Virus genome (UHGV): UHGV-0277313
Length of the DNA stretch: 64,000 nucleotides
From: a virus
Direction: 5' to 3' (one strand)
The notes beneath the pieces were generated by a model. It made no database searches and was not told the DNA's origin. It was given only the letters and a program-made list of their open reading frames with translations. Position numbers and translations under genes: made by a program. Positions 46,869-56,323 of this stretch are shown piece by piece. Position 1 is the first letter of the stretch; every line of letters begins with the position of its first letter.

Positions 46869-48176
46869 TTGAAAACAATTAGTTTGCCATATACTTGTTC
46901 AGAAGACGACCGAAACTTCATCAAAGATGAAATTCGGAAATCGTCTAATATGGTAAGATTTGCTTTCAACAGATTCAAAGATTCTAAGTCTGAAAAAGAC
47001 ATTAGATTGCTTTCTAAAAGCTTATCAAATGTTCCTTCGGATTCTTGGTTTATTCAATGTGCAATCAAGAAAGCAAATTATCTGTTATTAACCAATAAAG
47101 AAAAAGTTATTTTCGGAGGAAAATTTTATTTTTATCAAAGATTAAAACATAAATTAGATAAAGACAGGTTTAAATCAAGTAGATTGCTTGGGATTTATTC
47201 TCAAGGTGAAACACCGAAAGGTGGAAATAGAAAATTCAAACTAGATATAGCGAACAATCTAATCATTTTCAAATTCTCAAGATATAAATACATCAATCTC
47301 CAGTTACCTAAACTTCGTAAGAATTATCTTTATGAACTAATCAACTTAGAAGAGCAATGTAATCAGAAGTTATCTAATTTTAGTGTTGAATTAAAATTAG
47401 ATAAAATCTGCATAACGTTTGATGATTCCAAAATCTATACAAGTAATTATAATGGAAAATCAAATATAGTCGGTGCTATTGATATGAATCCTAATTATAT
47501 TGGATTTTCTATTTCTAAATTTTCAAATGGAAAAAGGAAGATTTTGCTCGAAGAGCAATATGATTTGTCTTACTTTACAAGAAATCTTCATAAAGCAACA
47601 GATGATGCTAAAGGTAAGCACCAAAACAGCAAACAGATATTTGAGCTTAAAGAGATTGTGAAAGATATAATCAAGAAATGCAAATTTTTCCACGTTGGAA
47701 AATTTGGCATTGAAGATTTGAATTTCAAACAAACAAATTCAGGAAAAGGTAAATCATTCAATAGATTAACGAAGAATAAATGGAAAAGAGAGGCACTGGT
47801 TTCTGCATTGAAGAAACAATGCTTACTTAACAAAATAGACTTCATAGAAGTTAATCCAGCTTATTCTTCATTTATTGGGAACCTATGTAATAATGCACCA
47901 GACCCAATAGCAGCAAGTTTGGAAATTGCTCGTAGGGCAATGTTCAAGTATATCAAAGGTCAGCTCTATCCAGAACTTATAAAAGTTGAAAGCTTGTTCA
48001 ACCTATGGAAGGAATCAGCAAGCTGGGTTTATTCGAGCTGGAAAGAACTGTTTGATATAGTAAAAACATCTAAAGTGAAATATAGACGTTCTTTGGAATC
48101 TTTTGATTCTGAAGTTTTTAGACTCAAGTCATCTAAATCTATGGTAAATTTATATAAAATTTATAATTGTTTATAA
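46869..48176 (+). CDS. TnpB/Fanzor-like RuvC-fold nuclease lacking the zinc finger (paralog b)
   Basis: Same motifs as 36479..37792 (IVGAIDMNPNYIGF, FGIEDLNFK, EVNPAYSSFIGN, APDPIAASLEIARRA). TTG start. Inserted between rSAM genes. Confidence 0.6.
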   Translation: MKTISLPYTCSEDDRNFIKDEIRKSSNMVRFAFNRFKDSKSEKDIRLLSKSLSNVPSDSWFIQCAIKKANYLLLTNKEKVIFGGKFYFYQRLKHKLDKDRFKSSRLLGIYSQGETPKGGNRKFKLDIANNLIIFKFSRYKYINLQLPKLRKNYLYELINLEEQCNQKLSNFSVELKLDKICITFDDSKIYTSNYNGKSNIVGAIDMNPNYIGFSISKFSNGKRKILLEEQYDLSYFTRNLHKATDDAKGKHQNSKQIFELKEIVKDIIKKCKFFHVGKFGIEDLNFKQTNSGKGKSFNRLTKNKWKREALVSALKKQCLLNKIDFIEVNPAYSSFIGNLCNNAPDPIAASLEIARRAMFKYIKGQLYPELIKVESLFNLWKESASWVYSSWKELFDIVKTSKVKYRRSLESFDSEVFRLKSSKSMVNLYKIYNCL

Positions 48177-48195
48177 TAGTGAGTTATTTTAATAA

Positions 48196-49302
48196 ATGAA
48201 TCCTTTAGAGTTTTATAAAAATAGTGATTACTATGAAATTGCTTGCATGTTATTTGAACCTTGCAATTTAAAATGTAAATTTTGTTTTGAAGATCATAAA
48301 AACAAAACAATCGACACAGATTACATTGAGAATATTTATAAAATAATTGATGAAAAGTTTTCGATTGATTATGAAAAATACAAACATTCTTTAAAGACAC
48401 TTTATATAATGATGTGGGGTGGCGAGATTTTTTATGACGCACTACCTGATGAAGTTTTTAAATCATATTACAAATTTGTCGATAATATAAAAGATTTGTT
48501 TGATAAAAAATTTCCAAATGTTAAAGTTATCTTTTCATGGTTATCAAACGGTGTATTTACAAACTATAAACGTGTCGAAGATATTGTCAAATATTCAAAA
48601 GGAATTATTAACTTTAGTTATGATCCTGTTAACAGATTCTCAACACATAAACAAAAAGATTTAATGGTAAAGACCGCAACCTATTTTAAAAAAATTGGTT
48701 TAGCTGATAAAATATCAATTACATTAACAAAAGACTCTATTAAAGGTTTTATTGAAAATGATGATTCATTAAAATACTTTAACAATATTGGATTCTTAAT
48801 TGATGTAAATTACTATATCGCAAATGTCAACTGGCAATCACTATTAGCGACAGACAATGAAATATTTACATTTTTTAAATGGGCAATAGATAACAAATTG
48901 TATAGAATAAAAGTATTGGAAAAATGTTTTGATTCTATTACAGGAAAGCCTTCATCTTCATATTGTAACTGTTTATGGTGTTCACAAATTACACATGGTC
49001 AATGGAGTATTGATTGTGCTAAATGTAGTTCGGTATTGCCACCAGAATTGTTTTACGGTGAATATACGCCACAAATAACAGAAGAAAATTCAAATCAAAT
49101 TAAGGCATCTATTGGATTAGTTAAACGAGGTTGTTTAGCTTGTGAATATCACCACATTTGTCAACACCCTTGTTGGATTTCCATAGTGTTTAAAGGATTT
49201 AAACCTTCAGTTTGCTTTTATAAACAAACTTATGATTATATAAAATCAAATGATGTTATTATTAATGATTTTTTGAAATGGAAACACAATGAAACAAAAT
49301 AA
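48196..49302 (+). CDS. Radical SAM/SPASM-like enzyme (array B, 3)
   Basis: CNLKCKFC and MWGGEIFYD motifs. C-terminal CNCLWCSQ...CAKCSS...GCLACEYHHICQHPC. Confidence 0.65.
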   Translation: MNPLEFYKNSDYYEIACMLFEPCNLKCKFCFEDHKNKTIDTDYIENIYKIIDEKFSIDYEKYKHSLKTLYIMMWGGEIFYDALPDEVFKSYYKFVDNIKDLFDKKFPNVKVIFSWLSNGVFTNYKRVEDIVKYSKGIINFSYDPVNRFSTHKQKDLMVKTATYFKKIGLADKISITLTKDSIKGFIENDDSLKYFNNIGFLIDVNYYIANVNWQSLLATDNEIFTFFKWAIDNKLYRIKVLEKCFDSITGKPSSSYCNCLWCSQITHGQWSIDCAKCSSVLPPELFYGEYTPQITEENSNQIKASIGLVKRGCLACEYHHICQHPCWISIVFKGFKPSVCFYKQTYDYIKSNDVIINDFLKWKHNETK

Positions 49303-50365
49303 TTTAAACAGTTTCGGTTTTGATTGTCTACTATTTGAACGTTGCAATCTTCATTGCACTTTTTGTCTTGAAGAACATTCTGTAAATGATATTGACATTC
49401 AATGGATCAGACAACTTCCGTCATTGTTATTAGAAAGATTTGAAAAAGAATATGAAAAACATTCTGAAACAAATCTTATTACTTTTCGTATTTGGGGAGG
49501 CGAATTGTTTTTTGATGCCATACCAAACGAATTATTTGAAGAATATAAGATGTTTGTTGAACAAACAAAACGTTTATTTAATAAAACTTTTCCTGAAATT
49601 AAATTAGATTTTGCATGGGTTTCAAATGGTGTATTTAAAAATATCGAACGTGTTATTAATTTATTAAAAGAAACTAATAGTGGAATTAATTTGAGTTACG
49701 ATCCTATAGGAAGGTTTCATAAAAAAGAATTAGAAGATTTAATGATTGAAAACGCTTTACACTTTCATTCATTGGGATTGTTGAATGAAATTTCAATCAC
49801 ATTAACTAAACATTGTATCAATGCATACGTAAACGATAAATCTCGACTTTTGGATTTAAAGTTCGCTAAAAAGATTGATATTAATTACTATATACCAAAC
49901 ATTAACTGGAAAACTTTACTTCCTTCTGACGACGATCTTTTCAACTTTTTTAAATGGGCAATCAATAATAAACTGTTTCAAATTATTGATCTGAATAGCT
50001 TGTTGTTAACACTGACTGGAAAAATGTCTAAATGTGTTAAAGGTTGCAACTGCCATAAACATTTATCAGCGTGTAAAAATTGTATTACATATAACTGTGT
50101 TAAAAGCTCAACAATATTTCCAAATGCAGATTTTTATGGTGATACAGTTATTACTGAAGACAACGTATCTGAAATTAAAAAATATAAAGGCATGTGCAAG
50201 CGAGGTTGCTTCTATTGTAAATATATAGATAAATGCCCCGGATGTTGCTGGACATCTATTATCTATAAAAATGCTACACTAGACGATTGCCCGTTCAAAA
50301 AAATTATAGAATATGTCGAACAAAATTCAAATATAAAAAATGAATTCATGCAATGGAAACTTTAA
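49289..50365 (+). CDS. Radical SAM/SPASM-like enzyme (array B, 4)
   Basis: CNLHCTFC and IWGGELFFD motifs. C-terminal CNCHKHLSACKNC...GCFYCKYIDKCPGCC. Confidence 0.65.
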   Translation: MKQNNLNSFGFDCLLFERCNLHCTFCLEEHSVNDIDIQWIRQLPSLLLERFEKEYEKHSETNLITFRIWGGELFFDAIPNELFEEYKMFVEQTKRLFNKTFPEIKLDFAWVSNGVFKNIERVINLLKETNSGINLSYDPIGRFHKKELEDLMIENALHFHSLGLLNEISITLTKHCINAYVNDKSRLLDLKFAKKIDINYYIPNINWKTLLPSDDDLFNFFKWAINNKLFQIIDLNSLLLTLTGKMSKCVKGCNCHKHLSACKNCITYNCVKSSTIFPNADFYGDTVITEDNVSEIKKYKGMCKRGCFYCKYIDKCPGCCWTSIIYKNATLDDCPFKKIIEYVEQNSNIKNEFMQWKL

Positions 50366-51252
50366 ACAATTTATCAATACAACCATCCTTTAAATGCAAT
50401 TGGAATTGTCAATTTTGTTATTTAGGTAATTTAAAAGCTGATACAACACTTTTAAATCTTAAAGTGTTAAAAGATAACCTATATGAAATTAAACAATTTT
50501 ACAAAATTAATCATGTACAAGTATTAGGTGGTGAGCCAAGCTTGCTTAATTGCTATTATTTGGAAGAGTTACAAGGATTAATTAAAGATTACCATGTTAC
50601 ATATGTCACTAATCTTTCAAACATGGAATTCGTAAATTTTTGCTTACAGCACAATGTGCAAATGACAATATCTGTCAATAAAGAAAGACAACACTTTGCA
50701 GAAACAGTAAAGAATTTAAAATTAATTAAAGGCTTGAAGAATATTCAGTTAAGCAGTGTCGTCTTACCTTCATTATTAAATGACGACATTAAAAATATTT
50801 TACAATTCTATAATTCTTTTGGGTTTGATGTATATTTCTTGAAGTATAATGCTTCAAAAACAAACAAACTTAATTACAACATAACAAATGAAGAGTACTA
50901 TAAATTTATTGATGAATTAATCAAACAATATCAGGTTGGGTGCTATAAATTTAAAATCAAAAATATTGATTTCTTGTTGCAAGACAATATTAATGCTATC
51001 AGTTGTGACTCGTTATTTATAAACCCTAATGGTAAATTTTCAACGATTACATATAATGACAACAACGAAGAGTATTTTGTTGAATTTGACACTGTTGAAC
51101 AATTTAATAAATTTTGTAACAGCACTAATGTAAAACAAAAAGATACGTGTAAACAATGCCTTTGTTATAAACAATGTGGTTCAAAAAATATTTATAGTTC
51201 GGATCAAAATAAATGCATGAATCTTTTTAAAATAAGAAATGAATTGCTATGA
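50353..51252 (+). CDS. Radical SAM/SPASM-like enzyme (array B, 5)
   Basis: CNWNCQFC and VLGGEPSLL motifs. C-terminal CKQCLCYKQCGS. Confidence 0.65.
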   Translation: METLNNLSIQPSFKCNWNCQFCYLGNLKADTTLLNLKVLKDNLYEIKQFYKINHVQVLGGEPSLLNCYYLEELQGLIKDYHVTYVTNLSNMEFVNFCLQHNVQMTISVNKERQHFAETVKNLKLIKGLKNIQLSSVVLPSLLNDDIKNILQFYNSFGFDVYFLKYNASKTNKLNYNITNEEYYKFIDELIKQYQVGCYKFKIKNIDFLLQDNINAISCDSLFINPNGKFSTITYNDNNEEYFVEFDTVEQFNKFCNSTNVKQKDTCKQCLCYKQCGSKNIYSSDQNKCMNLFKIRNELL

Positions 51253-52178
51253 AAAATTTAACACTATCAATAATGCCTTCATATAAATGCAATTTCAAGT
51301 GTCAATATTGTTATTTGGGTAATTTAATAAAAAATGACAACCTTTTAAATTTAGAAAATCTTGAGCATTCATTACTAGAATTAAAACAACTATATAACAT
51401 TAAAAATGTTAGTCTGTATGGTGGCGAACTATCATTACTTGATAACGTTTATTTACAACGTTTAGTGGATTTAATAAAAGTTAAATTACCTAAATCAAGT
51501 ATATCTTTAACAAGTAATTTTAGTAATGAAAATATATTAACTTTTTGTTTGCTTAATAATATCAAACTAAACGTTTCATTAAATGAAGAAAGATACCAAT
51601 ACTCAAAAACATTACAACAAATAAAGAAATATACAGGAACAAAGCTTTTTGATCTAACTGCTGTCGTATTACCATCTATTATAAACAAACATACAAATGA
51701 ACTTTATAAATTTTATAATGATTTAGGATTTGATGTTTTCTTTATTCAACATCATAATTCAATTCATCAAAAATCATATTCCATTTCACTAGATCAATTC
51801 TCAAAATTTTTATACGATTTCATTTGTTATCATTCAATGCAATCTGATGCTAAATTTAAAATCGAAAATTTAAATGTATTAAATGATACAGAGTTCAACC
51901 CAAACACAGAAAGCTATTTATTTATAAATCCAAACGGAAAATACTGTACAACTGTTTTTAAAGATAATATCGAACATTATGTAACATTCGACAACTTACA
52001 ACAATGGCAAACCTTTTGTGAAAAAAGCTATCAAATGTATGAAAATTCTTGTTCGACTTGTAAATTCTTTAACAGATGTAAAGCTGAACACCTTGAAACA
52101 TTAAACAATGATAATGAATGTTCCGGGTTAAAACACCTATTGACATCATTACAGAATCGTTCTATTATTAATTGGTGA
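51249..52178 (+). CDS. Radical SAM/SPASM-like enzyme (array B, 6)
   Basis: CNFKCQYC and LYGGELSLL motifs. C-terminal CSTCKFFNRCKAE. Confidence 0.65.
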   Translation: MKNLTLSIMPSYKCNFKCQYCYLGNLIKNDNLLNLENLEHSLLELKQLYNIKNVSLYGGELSLLDNVYLQRLVDLIKVKLPKSSISLTSNFSNENILTFCLLNNIKLNVSLNEERYQYSKTLQQIKKYTGTKLFDLTAVVLPSIINKHTNELYKFYNDLGFDVFFIQHHNSIHQKSYSISLDQFSKFLYDFICYHSMQSDAKFKIENLNVLNDTEFNPNTESYLFINPNGKYCTTVFKDNIEHYVTFDNLQQWQTFCEKSYQMYENSCSTCKFFNRCKAEHLETLNNDNECSGLKHLLTSLQNRSIINW

Positions 52179-52190
52179 GTCGTACGACGG
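52178..52190 (+). promoter_or_regulatory. Palindrome-box core AGTCGTACGACGG immediately upstream of 52200
   Basis: Same GTCGTACGAC palindrome as the fibre/Gly-rich promoters, but only 10 nt from the ATG. Confidence 0.3.
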
Positions 52191-52199
52191 ATTTTAAAT

Positions 52200-52826
52200 A
52201 TGGTAAATTCAAATACAAGAATTCAAAAAATTACAGCAAACTCAATTGTTGGTTTTATTTCACAATTTAATTCAACAGTTGTTGATCCTGCATACAATAC
52301 AGCAACGTATCATTCTGGTAACAAACCACATTTTTCAAAAACGGCTAACGGGTTAACAACACCACAATCAATACCTGATAATCAATTGTTAGGTACTGAA
52401 CGTACGTACTTGTCATCAAACGATACTAGAATAAATGCTGCTTCTTTATGTGCTGCATTATTAAGCATTACACAATCTTTAAGTAAGATTAGGAAGTTTC
52501 AATCACAATGGTATTTCAATACAAATGGTACACAAGCTTTAGTTGATAGTATGTCTGGAACAGGTATATTAACATTCCCTGACATTCCTGCTGGTACAAA
52601 AGAAGCCTCATGGACACGCGAAGGAAATACGAATATACAACTGTCGCCGCAAATGCTTTTTTCTGCAGGAAAGAAAATGATGGCTTCTGATGCGAATCAA
52701 ACAATTGTCAATTGTTTAAATGCTTGGGCTACTCAATGCCGTGATAATAATGAAATCATATACAAATTCTTTCAATGTTATTCAGATTGTCATGTAAATT
52801 GTTATGATTCACGAGGAAGAAGATGA
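52200..52826 (+). CDS. Hypothetical protein (possibly structural)
   Basis: 208-aa ORF preceded by the palindrome box. Confidence 0.5.
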   Translation: MVNSNTRIQKITANSIVGFISQFNSTVVDPAYNTATYHSGNKPHFSKTANGLTTPQSIPDNQLLGTERTYLSSNDTRINAASLCAALLSITQSLSKIRKFQSQWYFNTNGTQALVDSMSGTGILTFPDIPAGTKEASWTREGNTNIQLSPQMLFSAGKKMMASDANQTIVNCLNAWATQCRDNNEIIYKFFQCYSDCHVNCYDSRGRR

Positions 52827-53539
52827 TTAAAACTGGTTTGCCTTATGATTTTGAAACAATGCAACAAATAATGCAAGAAGGTGCAATTGTTGATGTAACT
52901 AATATCAGCTATCCATCTATTCCAAAGGAAGATAACGTAAAAACAAGTTTGATCTATTTAAGAAATACAAACTTTGATAATGTTCATTTGGATTTTCAGA
53001 AAGCTGATTATAATTTAAAATCAGAATTCTTAGATTGCTATTTTTCTGGCGGAAGCTTTCCTTGCAAACTTAAAGAATTGTCTGATACAATATTGCATGC
53101 AATATTTAAAATCCTAAATATCAATAATGAATTAGAAACCATATTAACCGAACAAGAAGAAACTTTATATATAAATTCACATAAAGAACAATTAAATGAA
53201 TTAATTCAGCTCTCAATATCTTTACCGTTATTTTTGATCAATCGTTTAGATAATATTGATTTTGAAATATCTTTTGACGATTTAGAAAAATCAAATGACG
53301 AAACTTGTAAAGATATCATTAATTTGATTATTGATTCGCCTGAATTTTGTCTTTTATATTCTAAAGATTTAGGAATGCAACCTAAATTTTATGAAAAGCT
53401 TTTTACATTAGATAACAATATTTTATTTGAGAATATCTGTAATCATACACCTTTTCAAACTTTGATGTTTGGAATCGCAGACGAACAAAATTGGAACGCA
53501 TTCGTAAATTCGATAAAGGAAGTAATAAATGTTTTATAA
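52823..53539 (+). CDS. Hypothetical protein
   Basis: ATGA overlap with the upstream stop. Confidence 0.5.
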   Translation: MIKTGLPYDFETMQQIMQEGAIVDVTNISYPSIPKEDNVKTSLIYLRNTNFDNVHLDFQKADYNLKSEFLDCYFSGGSFPCKLKELSDTILHAIFKILNINNELETILTEQEETLYINSHKEQLNELIQLSISLPLFLINRLDNIDFEISFDDLEKSNDETCKDIINLIIDSPEFCLLYSKDLGMQPKFYEKLFTLDNNILFENICNHTPFQTLMFGIADEQNWNAFVNSIKEVINVL

Positions 53540-54311
53540 TAATATTAATGTAAAAACAACTGATATTTGTCAACTTCTTCCTTTATGTATTAAAAAGACT
53601 GCAAATATTAATAAAAATTTTATTGGTGAAATACATATAGATGATGTTCAATCTATATATAAAACAACTAACAAAAGCATTACCTCAAAAGAGGAAGCTG
53701 AAAGAATCATTAATTCTACAAAAGCTATTAAATATTTTCAAGATTTTAAAACTTTGTTGCTCAATAATGAATTGGATTTATTCTTTGACAATTATTCAGG
53801 TGAAGACATTCTAGGTACATATTACTTATATCAAAATTCACAGTTCGAAAATTTTGCTTCATTGTTAAGTTCGGATTCTATTGTTTATTCAACTATAGAG
53901 AATACATATCATAAAAATACGCAGGTATTAGATGTAAACATACCTGTTGATTTATTTGATAACATTTTGATCCAATATGATGCACTATCTTATGATGCTG
54001 AAAACAATTTTATTAACGATTACTTTTCGCATGATGAAATTATTAATATGCTAAATGATACTGTTAATAAAGGATTAAAAACAGCATTACAAATGTTTTT
54101 GCAAAACGACGGCAGTTTGTTACCTTCTAATAATAAATGTGAACTACAAGCTTTATTATTAATGATGCTAAAAGTTCCATCAATACCTGTTAAATTATCA
54201 ATCCTTGATAACAGCAGGTACAATAGCACAAGAAATATTTTTAGACCGCACAAACAAATTAATAAACAAAAAATTCAAGAACTGATACAACCAAACTTTA
54301 TTTTGCCATGA
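53529..54311 (+). CDS. Hypothetical protein
   Basis: 260-aa ORF. Confidence 0.5.
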   Translation: MFYNNINVKTTDICQLLPLCIKKTANINKNFIGEIHIDDVQSIYKTTNKSITSKEEAERIINSTKAIKYFQDFKTLLLNNELDLFFDNYSGEDILGTYYLYQNSQFENFASLLSSDSIVYSTIENTYHKNTQVLDVNIPVDLFDNILIQYDALSYDAENNFINDYFSHDEIINMLNDTVNKGLKTALQMFLQNDGSLLPSNNKCELQALLLMMLKVPSIPVKLSILDNSRYNSTRNIFRPHKQINKQKIQELIQPNFILP

Positions 54312-55285
54312 ATGAATTAATAATCTATTTGAAACTTACTAACCGTTGTCAATTGCGTTGCCAACACTGTTATAATGCTGTTTCAAAATTTAATGACGAC
54401 TTATCTGTTGATACTTTAAAACAGGCAATTTCTTTTATCAATAACAAAACACTGACAAATAATGTAACATTAATATTACACGGCGGTGAACCTCTATATG
54501 GCGGAATACAAAAATCCAAATATGTCATTGATAATGTTGATAAAAAAGTCAATCTTTATATAACAACAAATTTAATGTACGATATTAATGAAGAGACGTT
54601 AAATTTCTTCAAACAATTCAAATTAATTTCAACATCATGGGATTACAAAATTCGTTTTCAAAATAAGCAACAATTAAAACTTTGGGAAGATAATGCTAAA
54701 AAACTAATAGAATCAAACATTAGTATTCAACCTATAATTTCGATCAATAAATATTTAATAAACGAATTAAAACCAGACACTTTGTTTGTTTATTTTAAAC
54801 AATTTGATATATCAAAATTAAATTTTGAACGGATTACAGAAACTGGTAATGCAGCTAAATTTAATGTCAAAGCAAATAATAGTGATATTGATAGATGGTT
54901 ATATGATGCATATATAGAAAATATCAATAAGTTTAATTTTACAATTCCATTGTTTGAAAGTTGTGAAGAAGCTGTCTTTCATAATAATTTGATAGGGTGC
55001 AGAAAACGGCAATGTCAAAAGAAAATAATTACAATCAATACAGATGGAACGATATGTGGTTGTCCAAACAGTTATCAATTTACATATGGTGATGTTTATG
55101 GAAGAACAAATGTTGATGTCTACAACTCTTTAATTACAAAAGAATTAATCAGGAATAACAATTGTTACATTTGCCCATACTTTAAATATTGTAACGGAGA
55201 TTGTTGCCAACTCAATTGGGATGAAACAGGTTGTCCTGGAATGCCGTCAATATTTAACTATTTGATAAATAAAGCCGGGAATTAA
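54308..55285 (+). CDS. Radical SAM/SPASM-like enzyme (array B, 7)
   Basis: NRCQLRCQHC and LHGGEPLYGG motifs. C-terminal GCRKRQC...CGCPNS...CYICPYFKYCNGDCC. Confidence 0.65.
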   Translation: MNELIIYLKLTNRCQLRCQHCYNAVSKFNDDLSVDTLKQAISFINNKTLTNNVTLILHGGEPLYGGIQKSKYVIDNVDKKVNLYITTNLMYDINEETLNFFKQFKLISTSWDYKIRFQNKQQLKLWEDNAKKLIESNISIQPIISINKYLINELKPDTLFVYFKQFDISKLNFERITETGNAAKFNVKANNSDIDRWLYDAYIENINKFNFTIPLFESCEEAVFHNNLIGCRKRQCQKKIITINTDGTICGCPNSYQFTYGDVYGRTNVDVYNSLITKELIRNNNCYICPYFKYCNGDCCQLNWDETGCPGMPSIFNYLINKAGN

Positions 55286-55292
55286 TCCCGGC
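55274..55292. terminator. Bidirectional terminator hairpin
   Basis: GCCGGGA-atta-ATCCCGGC, then CTTCCTTTT. Confidence 0.6.
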
Positions 55293-55299
55293 CTTCCTT

Positions 55300-55539
55300 T
55301 TAAATATCTTTCCGTTCAAAAACTTCATTAATGAATTCTTTATCATCAAACACTTTTGAAAGCTCTACAATTAGTGTCAACAACTGATCTTTTCTGAATG
55401 AATCATTGCTTGAATTTTTTAAAGACATTGTTAGAGCCATCATAGCATTTTTTGCGCCATCTATAAACGACTGTTTCTGTAAGTGTTCAACACCTTCGGC
55501 TAATTCCTTTTTCAAATCTTTCTTTTCTTTTTTGTTCAT
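55300..55539 (-). CDS. Hypothetical protein
   Basis: Shine-Dalgarno GAGGTG precedes the ATG at 55539; the track ORF extends to 55605. Confidence 0.45.
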   Translation of the reverse strand: MNKKEKKDLKKELAEGVEHLQKQSFIDGAKNAMMALTMSLKNSSNDSFRKDQLLTLIVELSKVFDDKEFINEVFERKDI

Positions 55540-55550
55540 GTAACACCTCA

Positions 55551-55847
55551 TTAATAAATATAAATGCAACCATTTGCCTTGTAATCGTCCTGAAGACACC
55601 ACCAATCTTCTACAGACAATTTTACACCTTGCTTTTTAAAGTAATGATACAATTCATCAATGACGTCTTTAGGCATGTCTAAATCAACTGGAATACCCCT
55701 GGAATCAACTTTGAACATATCAATCTTTTTATCAAGATCTTTCAACTTTGAAGATATCTCATCTTCTAAAACTGATGGATTAAAAACAGAGATCATGGCA
55801 ATTCCAACCATTGACAAACTATCAGATACCGCTTTAAAAATATTCAT
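55551..55847 (-). CDS. Hypothetical protein
   Basis: 98-aa ORF. Confidence 0.45.
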   Translation of the reverse strand: MNIFKAVSDSLSMVGIAMISVFNPSVLEDEISSKLKDLDKKIDMFKVDSRGIPVDLDMPKDVIDELYHYFKKQGVKLSVEDWWCLQDDYKANGCIYIY

Positions 55848-55911
55848 TACTATTTTCTCCTACAACAAAAACAATATAGCAAAACGCAAATAGTTTGTCA
55901 AGGAAAAAGAA

Positions 55912-55945
55912 AACAGTCTAGTAAAAGAATTACTAGACTGTCTCT
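55912..55945 (-). terminator. Hairpin (10-bp perfect stem), probable terminator for the minus-strand tdk operon
   Basis: CAGTCTAGTA-aaagaat-TACTAGACTG. T-run on the minus strand after the stem. Confidence 0.45.
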
Positions 55946-56323
55946 TTGGTATCAACCTCTTTTGTATCAACAGGCTGCTTCAGGAGTTGCACCTGAACCT
56001 TGCGCCAACAAGGTGTTCTCCAACAACCACAGATGCAGTAACTTTAAATGTCAATTCGTTTAGTTTACTAAACAATTGAATATTGCTCAACCACTTTTTT
56101 CACGTTAACCTATATCTTCACAGGCATTGACTAAAGTTACTGCATCCAAAAATGAAAGGATGGTTGAGTTTTAGCAAACTTAAAGGCAAAACAAACAAGG
56201 GAGACATCGACCTTATCTGTTTTTGTAACCTAAACAATGTGAAGTCATTGTCAGTGAAACAGAAAACTGTAGGTTACCTTCACCAATTATTAGAATAGTA
56301 AATATCCTTCAAAATGTCAATAA

